DNA of 24,000 bases, from the NCBI RefSeq assembly GCF_003173035.1, contig NZ_QGLE01000003.1:44731-68730 (forward strand), in the 5' to 3' direction. Below are positions 1 through 9,292 of this stretch, in pieces. The notes beneath the pieces were generated by a model, which did not search any database, was not told where the DNA came from, and saw nothing but the letters and a program-made list of their open reading frames with translations. Position numbers and translations under genes: made by a program. The DNA is from Zavarzinia aquatilis. GTDB lineage: Bacteria > Pseudomonadota > Alphaproteobacteria > Zavarziniales > Zavarziniaceae. The first letter of the stretch is position 1; each line of letters begins with the position of its first letter.

Positions 1-76
1 GCGCGGACTTGTCCAGTGGCCCGCCTGTGCCAATATGCAGGAGACGACAAGAAACAACGATCGGGGAGGAACGATC

Positions 77-3000
77 ATGGCCGATGGTACCCTGGTGCCC
101 GCCGACATCTCCCTCGACGACAAATACCGCCGTCACGAGGGCCGGATCTATCTGAACGGGATGCAGGCGCTGGTGCGCCTCGCCCTCGAGCAGCATCGCC
201 GCGACACGGCGGCCGGGCTGAACACCGCCGGCTTCATCTCGGGCTATCGCGGCTCGCCGCTGGGCGGTTTCGATCTGGAACTCGAGCGCAACAAGCCGCT
301 GCTCGAGGCCGGGAACATCCGTTTCCAGCCCGGCGTGAACGAGGATCTGGCGGCGACCGCCCTCTGGGGCACGCAGCAGGTCGCCCTCGGCAAACCCGCG
401 CTGTTCGATGGCGTGTTCGGCTTCTGGTATGGCAAGGGGCCGGGGGTCGACCGCACGGGCGACGTGTTCAAACACGCCAATCTGGCCGGCACGGCGCCCC
501 TCGGCGGCGTCCTCGCCATCGCTGGCGACGACCACACCTGCAAATCCTCGACGACGGCGCATCAGACCGAATATGCCTTCGTCGACGCCATGATCCCGGT
601 GCTCGCGCCGTCCAACCTCGCCGAGGTGATCGACTTCGGCCTTGCCGGCATCGCCCTCTCGCGGTTCGCCGGGACCTGGGCGGCGCTGAAGCTGGTGTCG
701 GAAATCGCCGATACCTCGGCGACCATTCCCGCCGTCCCGGCCTATCAGGCCTTCGCCCGGCCGACCGATTTCACCCCGTCGGACGGCGGCCTGCACATCC
801 GCTGGCCCGACACGGCGCAGGCGCAGGAAGCGCGGCTGCATCTGCACAAGCTGCCCGCCGTGCTCGCCTTCGCCCGGGCCAACCCGCTGAACCGCGTGAT
901 GGAACGGCCGGCCGGGGCGCGCCTTGGCATCGTCACCGCGGGCAAGGCTTACGGCGACCTGATGCAGGCCTTCGACCTGCTTGGCCTCGACAAGGCGGCA
1001 CGGGCGCGGCACGGCATCGCCATTTACAAGATCGGCCTCGTCTGGCCGCTGGAGCCGGAAGGTCTGGCGGCTTTCGCCGAGGGGCTGGAGGAAATCCTCG
1101 TCGTCGAGGAGAAACGCCCGCTGATCGAGGATCAGGTGAAGGCCCTGCTCTACGGCCGGCAGGGCCCCCGGGTTTCGGGCAAGCGGGACGGCGCGGGCCA
1201 TCACCTCCTCAAGTCGCACGACGAACTCTCGCCGGTGGAGATATCCGATGCCCTCGCCCGCCGGCTGCACGCCCTGACCGGGGACGAGGCGCTGGAAGAC
1301 CGCCGCCGTCGCCTGACCGGGGCCAATGCGCCCGAGCCGCCGCCCGCGAAGCGCACACCCTATTTCTGTTCCGGCTGCCCGCACAACACATCGACCAAGG
1401 TGCCCGAGGGCAGCCAGGCCCATGCCGGTATCGGCTGCCATTACATGGCGACCTGGATGGACCGCTCGACCGAGACCTTTACCCATATGGGCGGGGAGGG
1501 GGCGAATTGGATCGGGCAGGCCCCTTTCGTTGCGACGAAACACATCTTCCAGAACCTCGGCGACGGCACCTATTTCCATTCCGGCCTGCTGGCCCTGCGC
1601 GCCGCCGTTGCGGCCAGGGTGCCGGTCACCTACAAGATCCTCTACAACGACGCCGTCGCCATGACCGGCGGCCAGCATCACGACGGGCCGCTGACCCCCG
1701 CGATCATCGCGGCGCAGGTGCGGGCGGAAGGCGTTACGCGCATCGCCCTCGTCGCCGAGGACATCACCCGTCACAGGCCCACCGATTTCCCGCCCGGCAC
1801 CAGCTTCCACGGCCGCGACGAGCTCGACGCCGTGCAGCGCGAGCTGCGCGAAATCCCGGGTGTTACTGTCATCATCTACGATCAGGCCTGCGCCGCCGAG
1901 AAGCGCCGCCGTCGCAAGCGCGGCCTGCTGGCCGATCCTTTGCGCCGCGTCGTCATCAACGAGGCGGTATGCGAGGGCTGCGGCGATTGCGGCGTGCAGT
2001 CCAACTGCCTGTCCATCGTGCCGGTAGACACCGAATTCGGCCGCAAGCGCCAGATCGACCAGTCGTCCTGCAACAAGGATTATTCCTGCCTCAAGGGTTT
2101 CTGTCCCAGTTTCGTTTCGGTCGACGGCGCCGCGCTGAAAAAACCGCATCCCAAGGGCGGCGACGCGCCCGATCCCGCCGGCCTGCCCGCGCCGCCGCTC
2201 GCGCCCCTGCCGTGGTCGATCCTCGCCCTTGGCATCGGTGGCACGGGGATCGTTACCTTGGGCGCCCTGATCGCCATGGCCGCCCATGTCGAGGGCAAGG
2301 AGGCCAGCGTCCTCGACCAGACCGGCCTTGCCCAGAAGGGCGGCGGCGTCACCAGTCACATCCGGATCGGTGCGCCGGGCGAGGCGCCGCCCGCGCCGCG
2401 CATCCCGGCCCTTGGCGCCGACCTCGTGCTGGCGGCCGATGCCGTGGTCGCCGCCGGCACCGACGCGCGCCTGCGCCTGCGCCTCGACCACACGGCCGCC
2501 CTCGTCAACAGCCATGTCGGCAGCATCGCCGAATTCACCCATGACGCCGAGGCGCGCCTGCCCATGCCCCTGCTGGTCGACCTGATCCGCCAGGGCTGCG
2601 GCACCGGTCCGGTTGCCGATCTCGACGCCACCCATCTGGCGACGGCGCTGACCGGCGATGCGCTGGCGACCAATATCTTCCTGCTCGGCATCGCCTGCCA
2701 GCGCGGCCTGCTGCCCGTCGCTCCCGCCTCGATCGAGGCCGCGATCGCGCTGAACCGCACGGCGGCGCGCGACAATCTGAACGCCTTCCGCTGGGGCCGG
2801 GCCTGGGCCCATGACGCCGCTGCGGTCGAGACGGCGGCGACAGCGACCGAGGGCAAGGCCAATCCGCCGCATCACCGCCGCTCCTCCAGTCTGGACGAAA
2901 TGGTGGCGCGGCGGGCGGAGGCGCTCACCATCTATCAGAACGAGCGTTATGCCGCGCGTTACCAGGAGGCCATCGCGCGCTTGCGCGCCGCCGAACAGCG

Positions 3001-3553
3001 GGTGTCACCCGGCGGCGAGGAATTGGCGCGGGCGGCGGCGGACGGGCTGTTCCGCCTGATGGCTTATAAGGACGAATATGAAGTCGCCCGCCTGCAGGCC
3101 GATCCCGCCTTCCGCCAGCAGCTGGACGCGATGTTCGAGCCGGGGGCAAAGGTCAGCCTGCACCTGAGCCCGCCCCTGCTGGCGCGGCCCGACCCCGCGA
3201 CCGGGCGCCCGGCCAAGCATGTCTTCGGGCCATGGATTTTCGGCTTTCTCGGGCTATTGCGGCGCCTCAAGATTCTGCGCGGCACCCCCTTCGATCCCTT
3301 CGGCCGGACGGAAGAACGGCGGACGGAACGCCGCCTGCGCGACGAGGCCCTGGCCCTCGCCGAGGAGATTGCGCGCGACCTGTCGCGGGACAATCACGCC
3401 GCCGCCGTCGCCCTGATGGCGCTGCCTGCGCGCATTCGCGGCTTCGGTCCCGTGAAGATGAAAGCGGTGGCGGAAGCGGAAGCCGCCCGCGCCCGCCTGC
3501 TCGCCGAGTTCCGGCGCGAGCCGCCCAAGGGCATGGCGAAGGCGGCAGAGTAA
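77..3553 (+). CDS. Indolepyruvate/2-oxoacid:ferredoxin oxidoreductase family protein (fused alpha/beta type)
   Basis: Protein contains 'SLDDKY..GMQALVRL..GLNTAGFISGYRGSPLGG', 'CSGCPHNTST' and the Cys cluster 'NEAVCEGCGDCG', typical of fused IorA/IorB-like enzymes. ATG at 77 is preferred over ATG at 35 because GGAGGA lies at 65-70, 6 nt upstream. Stop TAA at 3551-3553. Confidence 0.9.
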   Translation: MADGTLVPADISLDDKYRRHEGRIYLNGMQALVRLALEQHRRDTAAGLNTAGFISGYRGSPLGGFDLELERNKPLLEAGNIRFQPGVNEDLAATALWGTQQVALGKPALFDGVFGFWYGKGPGVDRTGDVFKHANLAGTAPLGGVLAIAGDDHTCKSSTTAHQTEYAFVDAMIPVLAPSNLAEVIDFGLAGIALSRFAGTWAALKLVSEIADTSATIPAVPAYQAFARPTDFTPSDGGLHIRWPDTAQAQEARLHLHKLPAVLAFARANPLNRVMERPAGARLGIVTAGKAYGDLMQAFDLLGLDKAARARHGIAIYKIGLVWPLEPEGLAAFAEGLEEILVVEEKRPLIEDQVKALLYGRQGPRVSGKRDGAGHHLLKSHDELSPVEISDALARRLHALTGDEALEDRRRRLTGANAPEPPPAKRTPYFCSGCPHNTSTKVPEGSQAHAGIGCHYMATWMDRSTETFTHMGGEGANWIGQAPFVATKHIFQNLGDGTYFHSGLLALRAAVAARVPVTYKILYNDAVAMTGGQHHDGPLTPAIIAAQVRAEGVTRIALVAEDITRHRPTDFPPGTSFHGRDELDAVQRELREIPGVTVIIYDQACAAEKRRRRKRGLLADPLRRVVINEAVCEGCGDCGVQSNCLSIVPVDTEFGRKRQIDQSSCNKDYSCLKGFCPSFVSVDGAALKKPHPKGGDAPDPAGLPAPPLAPLPWSILALGIGGTGIVTLGALIAMAAHVEGKEASVLDQTGLAQKGGGVTSHIRIGAPGEAPPAPRIPALGADLVLAADAVVAAGTDARLRLRLDHTAALVNSHVGSIAEFTHDAEARLPMPLLVDLIRQGCGTGPVADLDATHLATALTGDALATNIFLLGIACQRGLLPVAPASIEAAIALNRTAARDNLNAFRWGRAWAHDAAAVETAATATEGKANPPHHRRSSSLDEMVARRAEALTIYQNERYAARYQEAIARLRAAEQRVSPGGEELARAAADGLFRLMAYKDEYEVARLQADPAFRQQLDAMFEPGAKVSLHLSPPLLARPDPATGRPAKHVFGPWIFGFLGLLRRLKILRGTPFDPFGRTEERRTERRLRDEALALAEEIARDLSRDNHAAAVALMALPARIRGFGPVKMKAVAEAEAARARLLAEFRREPPKGMAKAAE

Positions 3554-3554
3554 T

Positions 3555-3673
3555 CGGGGAAGACCCGGCATCCCCACCTCACCCCGCCCTCTCCCCCCAG
3601 GGGGCGGAGAGGGAGATGCAGCATGGCCCCCTCTCCGCCCCCTGGGGGGAGAGGGCGGGGGGTGAGGTGGGGG
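3555..3673. repeat. GC-rich nested-palindrome intergenic repeat (REP-like), copy 1
   Basis: Outer arms 'ccccacctcaccccgcc' and 'ggcggggggtgaggtgggg' enclose two inner hairpins of the form 'ccctctcc...ggagaggg'. About 90% identical by eye to the copy at 4091-4209, in the same orientation. Lies between the convergent stops of the oxidoreductase and the 3683-4054 ORF. Confidence 0.8.
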
Positions 3674-3682
3674 CGCAGGCGT

Positions 3683-4054
3683 TCAGTCCAGACGGGACCA
3701 GACGATTTCTTCGGGTGACACGCGGAGTTCCCGCATGATCGACAGAAGGCGGGCCTGGTATCCGGCATCCCGCGCGATCCCCGTCGGCCGAATGTCTTCG
3801 CGACCGTAAGGAAAGTATAGCGTTACCGTATCGTTTTCATGCCCGCGATATTGCATTAGGGCGAAGCCGAAACCTTCCGCTGTTTCGGGTTCGTCGAGCT
3901 GGAAGGCGTGAGCCCTGAAGTAATCGAGATCGTCGAAATCGCTTTCGAACAGGATACCGAATTCTCTTTCGATGTTCGCTATCGGACGCCGCAGGGTGAG
4001 CTCGGGGATCAGCTCCCTGCCCTTGAAGATGCTCATGTCGGATGGGCGTATCAT
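3683..4054 (-). CDS. Hypothetical protein, 123 aa, no family recognised
   Basis: C-terminal part of track ORF 3683..5416. ATG at 4054-4052 is directly preceded on the minus strand by 'GGAGGAAGGC'. The sequence has ordinary, non-Arg/Pro/Gly-rich composition ('MIRPSDMSIFKGRELIPELTL...EEIVWSRLD'). GC is visibly lower than the flanks and it uses ATA, AGA and CTA codons, which I did not notice in neighbouring genes. Confidence 0.6.
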   Translation of the reverse strand: MIRPSDMSIFKGRELIPELTLRRPIANIEREFGILFESDFDDLDYFRAHAFQLDEPETAEGFGFALMQYRGHENDTVTLYFPYGREDIRPTGIARDAGYQARLLSIMRELRVSPEEIVWSRLD

Positions 4055-4090
4055 GCCTTCCTCCGGCGTTGATCGGGCAGCGTTGTAACC

Positions 4091-4209
4091 GGGAAAGACC
4101 CGTCCTTCCCACCTCACCCCGACCCTCTCCCCCCAGGGGGCGGAGAGGGAGATGCGGGTGGCCCCCTCTCCGCCCTTCAGGGGGGAGAGGGCGGGGGGTG
4201 AGGTGGGGA
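4091..4209. repeat. GC-rich nested-palindrome intergenic repeat (REP-like), copy 2
   Basis: Same architecture and orientation as 3555-3673 ('cccacctcaccccgaccctctccccccagggggcggagaggg...ccctctccgcccttcaggggggagagggcggggggtgaggtgggg'). Lies between the htpG stop (4219) and the start of the 3683-4054 ORF. Confidence 0.8.
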
Positions 4210-4218
4210 TACGCGTGG

Positions 4219-6105
4219 TTACCCGACCGCGCGCACCATCATGTCCGACAGGCGCCTGGCGAAGGCGATGGGGTCCTGCGGGCCTTCGCCTTCGATAATG
4301 CGGGCCTGGTCGAGCAGCAGATGGGCGGCATCGGCGAGGTCGTCGGCGCTGGCGGCCGCGGCGGCGCGGATGGCGAGGGCCTTCACCAGCGGGTGGCGCG
4401 GGTTGATTTCGAGGATGCGGGGGGCGTCGGCCGCACCCGTGCCCTTGGCCGCGCGCATCAGCCGGGCGAGGTGCATGTCCATGTCGTTGGCGTCGGCGAC
4501 GAGGCAGACCGCGCTGTCGGTCAGGCGCTTGGAGACGCGGACATCCTTCACCGCCTCGCCGAGGGCGAGCTTGGCGGCGCCGATCAGGGTGGCGATATCG
4601 GCTTCCGGCGCTTCCGCCGCCTTCTCGCCCGCATCTTCCGCTTCCGGGATCAGCGACAGGTCGATGTCGCCCCGGGTCACGGACTGGAACGGCTTGCCTT
4701 CGAAATCGAGGCCGGCGCCGGTCCAGAAATCGTCGATCGGGTCGGACAGCAGCAGGACCTCGACATCCCGCGCCTTGAAGGCTTCGAGCTGGGGCGAGGA
4801 GGCGATGGTGGCGGCGTCGCCGGTGATGAAGTGGATGGCGGTCTGGTTCGGCCGCATCCGCGCGACATAATCGGCGAGGCTGATCACATCGTCGCCCGAC
4901 TTGGTGCTGCGGAAACGGGCGATCTTCAGGATCTGCTCGCGCCGCTCGAAATCCTCGTAGAGGCCTTCCTTCAGCACGGGACCGAAGGCATCCCAGAAGG
5001 TCCGGTAGGCGGCGACATCGGCGCTGCGCTTTTCGAGTTCCGACAGGATCTTCTTCACGAGACCGGCGCGGATCTTGGCGGTCAGCGCGCTTTCCTGCAG
5101 CATCTCGCGCGAGATGTTCAGCGGCAGGTCGGCGGAATCGACGATGCCGCGCACGAAGCGCATGTAACCCGGCAGCAGGCTTTCGCAATCGTCGGTGATG
5201 AAGACCCGGCGGACATAGAGCTTCAGCCGCGACTGGCGCTTGGGATCGAACAGGTCGAAGGGCCGGCTGCCGGGGATGAACAGCAGGCCGGTATATTCGA
5301 TCGTGCCTTCCGCCTTCCAGTGGATGGTCGCCCAGGGCTCGTCCACCGCATGGCCGACGTGGCGGTAGAATTCGGTGTATTGCTCGGCGGTGATGTCCGA
5401 CTTCGGCCGGGTCCACAGGGCCGAGGCGGCGTTCAGCGTCTCGTCCTCGGTCTGGCCCTCGTCGGCGCCGGCCTTCAGGATCACGGGCAGGGCGATATGG
5501 TCGGAATAGGTCTTCACGATCCGCTTCAGGCGCCAGGGATCGAGGAATTCATCCTCCCCCTCGCGCATGTGCAGGATGATCGTGGTGCCGCGCGTGGCGC
5601 GTTCGGCGGGGCGCAGCGTGTAGGTGCCGGTGCCTTCCGATTCCCAGGCGTGGGCCTGCGCCTCGCCCGCCCGGCGCGACACGACCTCGACCCGGCCGGC
5701 GACCATGAACACGGAATAGAAGCCGACGCCGAAACGGCCGATCAGGTTCATGTCCTTGTTTTCGTCGCCCGACAGCTGCTCGACGAAGGCCGAGGTGCCG
5801 GAGCGGGCGATGGTGCCGAGATTGGCGATCAGCTCGTCATGGGACATGCCGATGCCATTGTCGGAGATGGTGAGGGTGCGGGCGGCGCGGTCGATGGCGA
5901 TCTCGACCCGGAAGCCCGGATCGTCCGCGGTCAGGGACGCATCGGTCAGCGCCTCGTAGCGCAGCTTGTCGCAGGCATCGGAAGCGTTGGAGATCAGCTC
6001 GCGCAGGAAGATGTCCTTGTCGGAATAGACCGAATGCACCATCAGGTGCAGGAGGCGCGCCACCTCCGTCTCGAAGCCACGGGTTTCGATCGCTTCAGCC
6101 GTCAT
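4219..6105 (-). CDS. htpG: Molecular chaperone HtpG (Hsp90 family)
   Basis: N-terminal GHKL motif 'EVARLLHLMVHSVYSDKDIFLRELISNASDACDKLRY' and full-length Hsp90-like sequence. Start placed at ATG 6105-6103 ('MTAEAIETRGFE'), not the upstream in-frame ATG at 6159. Stop TAA at 4219-4221. Confidence 0.95.
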   Translation of the reverse strand: MTAEAIETRGFETEVARLLHLMVHSVYSDKDIFLRELISNASDACDKLRYEALTDASLTADDPGFRVEIAIDRAARTLTISDNGIGMSHDELIANLGTIARSGTSAFVEQLSGDENKDMNLIGRFGVGFYSVFMVAGRVEVVSRRAGEAQAHAWESEGTGTYTLRPAERATRGTTIILHMREGEDEFLDPWRLKRIVKTYSDHIALPVILKAGADEGQTEDETLNAASALWTRPKSDITAEQYTEFYRHVGHAVDEPWATIHWKAEGTIEYTGLLFIPGSRPFDLFDPKRQSRLKLYVRRVFITDDCESLLPGYMRFVRGIVDSADLPLNISREMLQESALTAKIRAGLVKKILSELEKRSADVAAYRTFWDAFGPVLKEGLYEDFERREQILKIARFRSTKSGDDVISLADYVARMRPNQTAIHFITGDAATIASSPQLEAFKARDVEVLLLSDPIDDFWTGAGLDFEGKPFQSVTRGDIDLSLIPEAEDAGEKAAEAPEADIATLIGAAKLALGEAVKDVRVSKRLTDSAVCLVADANDMDMHLARLMRAAKGTGAADAPRILEINPRHPLVKALAIRAAAAASADDLADAAHLLLDQARIIEGEGPQDPIAFARRLSDMMVRAVG

Positions 6106-6145
6106 TTCTGTTCCGCCTCGATTGATGAGTCCCAAGCGCACGTCG

Positions 6146-6173
6146 ATATAGGAAGGCACCCCCGGCCTTCAAG
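6146..6173 (-). promoter_or_regulatory. Candidate RpoH (sigma-32)-type heat-shock promoter of htpG
   Basis: The minus strand reads 'CTTGAAggccgggggtgccttCCTATAT', that is CTTG-N17-CCTATAT. This matches the alphaproteobacterial RpoH consensus as I recall it (CTTG-N17/18-CYTATNT). It sits about 40 nt upstream of the htpG ATG. Confidence 0.5.
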
Positions 6174-6178
6174 GCCCC

Positions 6179-7342
6179 TTATTGGGCCGGCGGCACGGGG
6201 GCGGCTTCAGTGGGGGCGGCTTCGGTCGGCGTCTCGGGCGCCGGGGGCGCCGCGGGCTTGGGCTCGGCGAGGTCGGCGCGCTTCGGCGTCAGGTCGATGA
6301 CCCGCGTGCCGTCGAGGCGGTAGAGCCAGCCTTTGGTGCGGGCGGCGATGGCGCCGGCCTCGGCCCGCGCGTCCTCCGCCGGGCGGACCACCGGCTGGCC
6401 GCCGGCATCCTGCGCGGGGTCGAGCAGGCGGCTCTCGCCCGCGATCACGGGATCGAAGGCGGCGTCGATGCGGGCCCAGCCCTGACCGTCGATGGAGACG
6501 AGGTCGAGGGTCAGCGTGATGCCGTCGAAGGTCTCGAAGCTCACCCGGCCCAGCGGCGTGCCCGCCGGGGCCTTGTCCGCCGGCTGCACATCCTCGAGCG
6601 CGAGATAGGAGGCGGCGACGGACAGCGCGTTCAGCCGTGCTGCCTTCACCTGCTCGGCACCGGGGTCGAGCCCGTCGAGGCTGAAGACATCGCCCGGTTT
6701 CGCCCGGCTGATCCGGGCGGCCGCGCCGTCGATGGTCACGCTCGCCGCGCGGAAACGGTCGGGCGAGATGACGACGAGATCGCGTTCCAGCCATTGCGCG
6801 GCGTCCCGCTCCAGCCGGACATCGGCCTCCGCTTCCCAGGACTGGGGCTGGCCGACCGGGCGGACGAAGAAGCGCGGCACCTTGGCGGCGCCCATGACCG
6901 ACGACGGCTTGCCGAAGATCATGTCGCCGAAGGCGCTGCCGTCCGGCCCCTTCACCGTCAGCTGCAGGCCCCGGGTGCCGGGGCCGATGTCCTCGACGTC
7001 GATGAAGTGGAAACGGTCGGGCCGCGCGGTCTTCGGCTCGATGGCGCGCAGGTCCGCGAGGGCGAGCAGCAGGCGCTGAACCTTGCCGAAATCGGCCGGA
7101 TAGTCGCCCTTTTCGGCCATGACCCAATGGTCGGCGCCGACGCGCTTCAGGGTGAAGCGGCCTTCGGCCCCGGCGACGTCGACTTCGGTCACATCGTTCA
7201 GCCGGGCCTTCAGCCCGGGCAGCATCAGCTGGCCGGAGAGATCGGCGCTGGTCTGCGCGATCTTGTTGGCGACGAGCCAGGCGCCCACGGCGGCAAGCGC
7301 GAGGGTGAAGCCCAGCAGGATGGCGAGGGTGGAGCGGCGCAT
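6179..7342 (-). CDS. DUF4340-like protein, last gene of the ABC-2/GldG-like operon
   Basis: ATG at 7342-7340 ('MRRSTLAILLGFTLALAAVGAWLV' N-terminal membrane anchor). Position immediately downstream of the GldG-like gene (11-nt gap) is the usual DUF4340 context. Ala/Pro-rich C-terminal tail. The upstream part of track ORF 6179..7873 is Arg/Gly/Pro artefact overlapping the GldG-like CDS. Confidence 0.75.
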   Translation of the reverse strand: MRRSTLAILLGFTLALAAVGAWLVANKIAQTSADLSGQLMLPGLKARLNDVTEVDVAGAEGRFTLKRVGADHWVMAEKGDYPADFGKVQRLLLALADLRAIEPKTARPDRFHFIDVEDIGPGTRGLQLTVKGPDGSAFGDMIFGKPSSVMGAAKVPRFFVRPVGQPQSWEAEADVRLERDAAQWLERDLVVISPDRFRAASVTIDGAAARISRAKPGDVFSLDGLDPGAEQVKAARLNALSVAASYLALEDVQPADKAPAGTPLGRVSFETFDGITLTLDLVSIDGQGWARIDAAFDPVIAGESRLLDPAQDAGGQPVVRPAEDARAEAGAIAARTKGWLYRLDGTRVIDLTPKRADLAEPKPAAPPAPETPTEAAPTEAAPVPPAQ

Positions 7343-7353
7343 GGGCTTCTGCC

Positions 7354-9288
7354 TCAGTTCACGCCGCGCCGCGCCCGGCGCCGGCGCTGGCGGGCCAGCG
7401 ACAGACCGAGGGCGACGAGGGCGACGACGAGGGGCACCAGCCCCATGTTGACGAAACGCAGGTTCGCTTCCAGCCGCTCGATTTCGACATCGAGGCTGCG
7501 CTGCACGTCGCGCAGCTGGCGCCGCGTGGCGGCGACCTCGGCCCGCGCGTCGGCCAGCGCCTTCTCGGTCTCGGCCGAGACGATGGCGCCGCTGCGCGCG
7601 CCATTGGCGCCGCCGCGCAGCTCCTGGATCCGGGCTTCGGTCGCCTGCAGCTTGGCCTGAAGCTCCTGGCTGCGGGTCAGGAATTTCTGCTCCGCCGCCT
7701 TCTTCATGTCGGTGACGACGGTGAACGGCCGGCTGGCCGGACCCCGGCCGCGAATCGCGATCAGGTCGGTGGAGCCGGCCAGATTCTCGACCGCGTTCAC
7801 GATCAGATTGCCATTGTCGGCGATGGGCACCGGCGCCTGGCGCCCGGCGCCCTGACCGCTGTCCTGCAGCCACAGGCGGTCGTCCAGCACGTCGGCGTCG
7901 GCGATGACGATCAGGTTCAGGCTGCCGTCCTTCACCTGCGCCCGCTCGCGCGCGCCGAAGGCCGGGGTCTCGCCCGGCTTGACCGGGTTCGGCTGGTCCT
8001 TCTCGTCGACCTTGGGCGGGCCGTCGGGGAAGGCGGTCCTGGCCGGGCCGGTGACGCGGGCGGCGAGGATGAAGCGCCGGTCCTCCGGCTTGAACAGTTT
8101 GGCGAGGTCTTCCGGATTGCCGGTCATGCGGACGGCGACCGGGTTGAAGGTGCCGGCATTGGCCGTCGTCTCGATCAGCGGCTCGACGTTCGTGGTGGCG
8201 CCGTCCAGCTTCTCGATGGCGCCCGCGGTCGCGAACATCACCTGGCTCAGGTCGCCGGTCACGATGTCGGCGGGGTTCATCTGCGCCTTGCCGGCGCGCA
8301 GCCAGACCAGATAATCCATCGGCCGGCGGTTGCCCGCGACCGTGACCTTGGTGGCGAGGTCGCCGTCGCCCACCACCTTCTCGGTGTCGACCTTGAAGCC
8401 CCAGGCGGCGGCCAGCGGCCCGATATCCGAGGCGGTCTGCGGCGGGGGCGCGCCGCGCTGGGCGCCCTGCATCGCGACTTCCGCGTTGGGGTCGAGGATG
8501 ACCACGGCCTTGCCGCCGCCCATCACGAACTGGTCGATGGCATAGAGCTGCTGCGGCCCGAGGCGGGGCGGATGGGCGATCAGCAACAGGTCGACATGGC
8601 TGCCGATCTCGACGAAATCGGGCGCCATCTGGCGGACGTCATAAAGCTCCGACAGCTGGGAATAGACCGCGAAGGGGTGGGACTGGCCGCGCAGCGCCGC
8701 CATCGGCCCGCCGAAGCCGACATCGAGCGGCAGCGACGAGATGACGCCCAGCACCGGCTTCCGCTCGGCGGTCAGCGAGACGATCATCCGCGCGAAATCA
8801 TATTCGAGGAAGGATTCCCGGTCGGGCGTGATCACCGGAATGACCTCGCGCCCGCCGATGGGTCCGGTGCCGACGAGGCCGAAATAGAAACTCTCGCCCG
8901 AGGGCGTGTCGTTCCCCTGGATGCCGGCGGCGACCGCCTCGTCCTCGGTCAGCGTGTAGGAGATGGGGTCGATGATCTCGACCCGGACCTTGCCGCCGCC
9001 CGCCCGCCGGAAGGCGTCGAGCAGCTCGGTCACCCGCCCGGCGAAAGTCTTGATCGCCGGAAACTGGTTGGACAGGGTCGCCGAATAGAACAGGCGAAGG
9101 GTCACCGGCTCGTCCAGCTTGTCGAGCACGGAACGGGTGCCGGGCGACAGCGTGTAGAGCTGGCGCTCGGTCAGGTCGAGGCGAAGCCCGGCGCCGCCGA
9201 CCTGCACGATCAGGTTGGTGGCGAGGAACAGGGCGGCGATCAGCACAAGCGCAAGGCCGCCGGCGACGCGGACGCGGGTGGGGGCCAT
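7354..9288 (-). CDS. GldG-like ABC-transporter-associated protein (ABC-type uncharacterised transport system auxiliary component)
   Basis: N-terminal TM helix followed by 'LTERQLYTLSPGTRSVLDKLDEPVTLRLFYS', which is typical of GldG-family proteins. C-terminal coiled-coil ('QELQAKLQATEARIQELR...') plus a terminal TM helix and an 'RQRRRRARR' stop-transfer sequence. Lies downstream of an ABC-2 permease. Confidence 0.85.
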   Translation of the reverse strand: MAPTRVRVAGGLALVLIAALFLATNLIVQVGGAGLRLDLTERQLYTLSPGTRSVLDKLDEPVTLRLFYSATLSNQFPAIKTFAGRVTELLDAFRRAGGGKVRVEIIDPISYTLTEDEAVAAGIQGNDTPSGESFYFGLVGTGPIGGREVIPVITPDRESFLEYDFARMIVSLTAERKPVLGVISSLPLDVGFGGPMAALRGQSHPFAVYSQLSELYDVRQMAPDFVEIGSHVDLLLIAHPPRLGPQQLYAIDQFVMGGGKAVVILDPNAEVAMQGAQRGAPPPQTASDIGPLAAAWGFKVDTEKVVGDGDLATKVTVAGNRRPMDYLVWLRAGKAQMNPADIVTGDLSQVMFATAGAIEKLDGATTNVEPLIETTANAGTFNPVAVRMTGNPEDLAKLFKPEDRRFILAARVTGPARTAFPDGPPKVDEKDQPNPVKPGETPAFGARERAQVKDGSLNLIVIADADVLDDRLWLQDSGQGAGRQAPVPIADNGNLIVNAVENLAGSTDLIAIRGRGPASRPFTVVTDMKKAAEQKFLTRSQELQAKLQATEARIQELRGGANGARSGAIVSAETEKALADARAEVAATRRQLRDVQRSLDVEIERLEANLRFVNMGLVPLVVALVALGLSLARQRRRRARRGVN

Positions 9289-9292
9289 CGGA

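Noticed and set aside
16-2544. 842-aa plus-strand ORF overlapping the oxidoreductase gene in another frame
   Set aside because: It is extremely Arg/Pro/Gly/Ala-rich with no motifs. This is the typical stop-codon-poor alternate frame of a ~70% GC gene. The 77..3553 frame has clear family motifs.
3555-4209. Possibility that the two GC-rich repeats are a CRISPR array
   Set aside because: There are only two copies, about 118 bp long, internally nested-palindromic and separated by about 420 bp that contains a gene. This is not CRISPR-like.
4055-5416. N-terminal ~450 aa of track ORF 3683..5416 (minus strand)
   Set aside because: This part runs through REP copy 2 and an alternate frame of htpG and is Arg/Pro-rich. 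Only the last 123 codons (3683-4054), which have their own SD and ATG, look coding.
6198-6227. 15-nt tandem duplication (ggggcggcttcagtg / ggggcggcttcggtc) encoding a repeated PTEAA in the DUF4340 protein tail
   Set aside because: Short slippage-type repeat within an Ala/Pro-rich low-complexity tail. Ordinary, with no evidence of function.
4042-6300. 752-aa ORF antisense to htpG
   Set aside because: It is a mirror frame of a confidently identified gene, with low-complexity Gly/Asp/Arg/Ala composition. High-GC artefact.
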